DNA of 64,000 nt from assembly GCA_021325135.1 (NCBI GenBank), contig JAJPHT010000046.1:64001-128000 (forward strand). The letters run 5' to 3'. Below, piece by piece: positions 63,255 through 64,000 of this stretch. How positions within the stretch are numbered: position 1 is the stretch's first letter; every line of letters begins with the position of its first letter. Source of the stretch: Pseudomonadota bacterium. GTDB taxonomy: Archaea > Thermoplasmatota > SW-10-69-26 > JACQPN01 > JAJPHT01. The translations under genes were made by a program, and so were the position numbers. Below the pieces are notes generated by a model, which was not told where the DNA came from, searched no databases, and saw only the letters and a list, made by a program, of their open reading frames with translations.

Positions 63255-63728
63255 CTAAGGGCTTGCCCCCATGGGTCGCGCGCCCGCCTCGTCCACGGCG
63301 AAGAAGTCGACGCGCCGCGCGGGAAGCTCCAGCAGGGCGACGCTCTTCACCTGCGCGCGGTGCAGCGCGCCGGGGTTCACCACGAGCGTCCCATCGATGG
63401 TCTCGCAGCGGCGCTTGTGCGTGTGCCCGTGGAGCGCCACGCCGACGCGGCCGATGGCGGCGCGCAGCGGGGCGGGGACGTGGCCGTGGGCGGCGAACAC
63501 CTCGACGCCCGCCAGCGTGGACTGCCACGAGTCGGGGAGCGCGTGCCCAAGGTCGTTGTTGCCGCGCACCGCCTGCACGGGGAGCCCTTCCAGGAGCGCC
63601 AGCGTCTCGGGCTCGCACACGTCGCCCAGGTGCAGCACGAGGTCCACCTGCCGCTCGCGGAAGAACGCGGCCGCGACGCGCACCAGGGGCTCGTTGTCGT
63701 GGGTGTCGCTCACGAGGCCGATCCTCAC
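63255..63728 (-). CDS. YfcE-like metallophosphoesterase
   Basis: SDTH, HLGD, GNND, HGH, HGHTH, VNPG. Confidence 0.9.
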   Translation of the reverse strand: MRIGLVSDTHDNEPLVRVAAAFFRERQVDLVLHLGDVCEPETLALLEGLPVQAVRGNNDLGHALPDSWQSTLAGVEVFAAHGHVPAPLRAAIGRVGVALHGHTHKRRCETIDGTLVVNPGALHRAQVKSVALLELPARRVDFFAVDEAGARPMGASP

Positions 63729-64000
63729 GCGTCGCCCTCCAGCATCGCGCGGGTGAGCGCAAGGGCCTGCTGCTGCGCCTCCACGCGGGCGCGCAGGCGC
63801 GAGAGGACGCGGAGGGGCGCGGGCGTCCACGAGAGGCCCTCGTATTCGACGTCCACCAGCAGGAGCCCCTCGGGGGGCGCGGTGCCCAGGTCGGCGGGCT
63901 TCGCGGCGCGCAGCGCGTCGGCGATGGCGCCGGCCTTGATCTCGCCCTCCGCCTCGCGGCGCGCGGCCTCCACCATGCGGCGCACCTGGTTCCAGAGGAA
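63725..64000 (-). CDS. truA: tRNA pseudouridine synthase TruA, C-terminal part (5' end outside window)
   Basis: FLWNQVRRMV...APPEGLLLVDVEY. Confidence 0.85.
   Translation of the reverse strand, partial: FLWNQVRRMVEAARREAEGEIKAGAIADALRAAKPADLGTAPPEGLLLVDVEYEGLSWTPAPLRVLSRLRARVEAQQQALALTRAMLEGDA

Overview
A 64-kb stretch of a very GC-rich archaeal chromosome. Archaeal markers are rpoH-B''-B'-A'-A'', aEF-1beta, NOB1, RPA, NurA, an Sm-like protein and TATA boxes. Gyrase is present and the proteome is not acidic, so a non-halophilic euryarchaeote such as Thermoplasmatota is inferred. Core genes include gyrB (partial), gatCAB, three tRNAs, a GH15-GT4-GH57 glycogen cluster, livHMGF, peptidases, an SNF2 helicase and truA (partial). 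They are interleaved with many orphan secreted, Cys-rich proteins. The strongest candidate for an undescribed system is at 6.1-9.7 kb. There, copCD is followed by an operon of two small membrane proteins carrying an ethylene-receptor (ETR1)-type Cu-binding transmembrane motif at exact ETR1 spacing, a sensor-less histidine kinase and a stand-alone receiver. Other notable features: RNAP subunit A'' fused to three (HhH)2 modules; a secreted 21-repeat Cys/Asn solenoid-like protein; a family of 4-Cys secreted peptides; a duplicated GT4/GH57 junction that leaves the amylase with a CTG start; REPIN-like palindromes; and 10-bp-phased intergenic elements. No CRISPR array, transposase or integrase was seen. 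All family assignments are from motif recognition by eye, not database searches.
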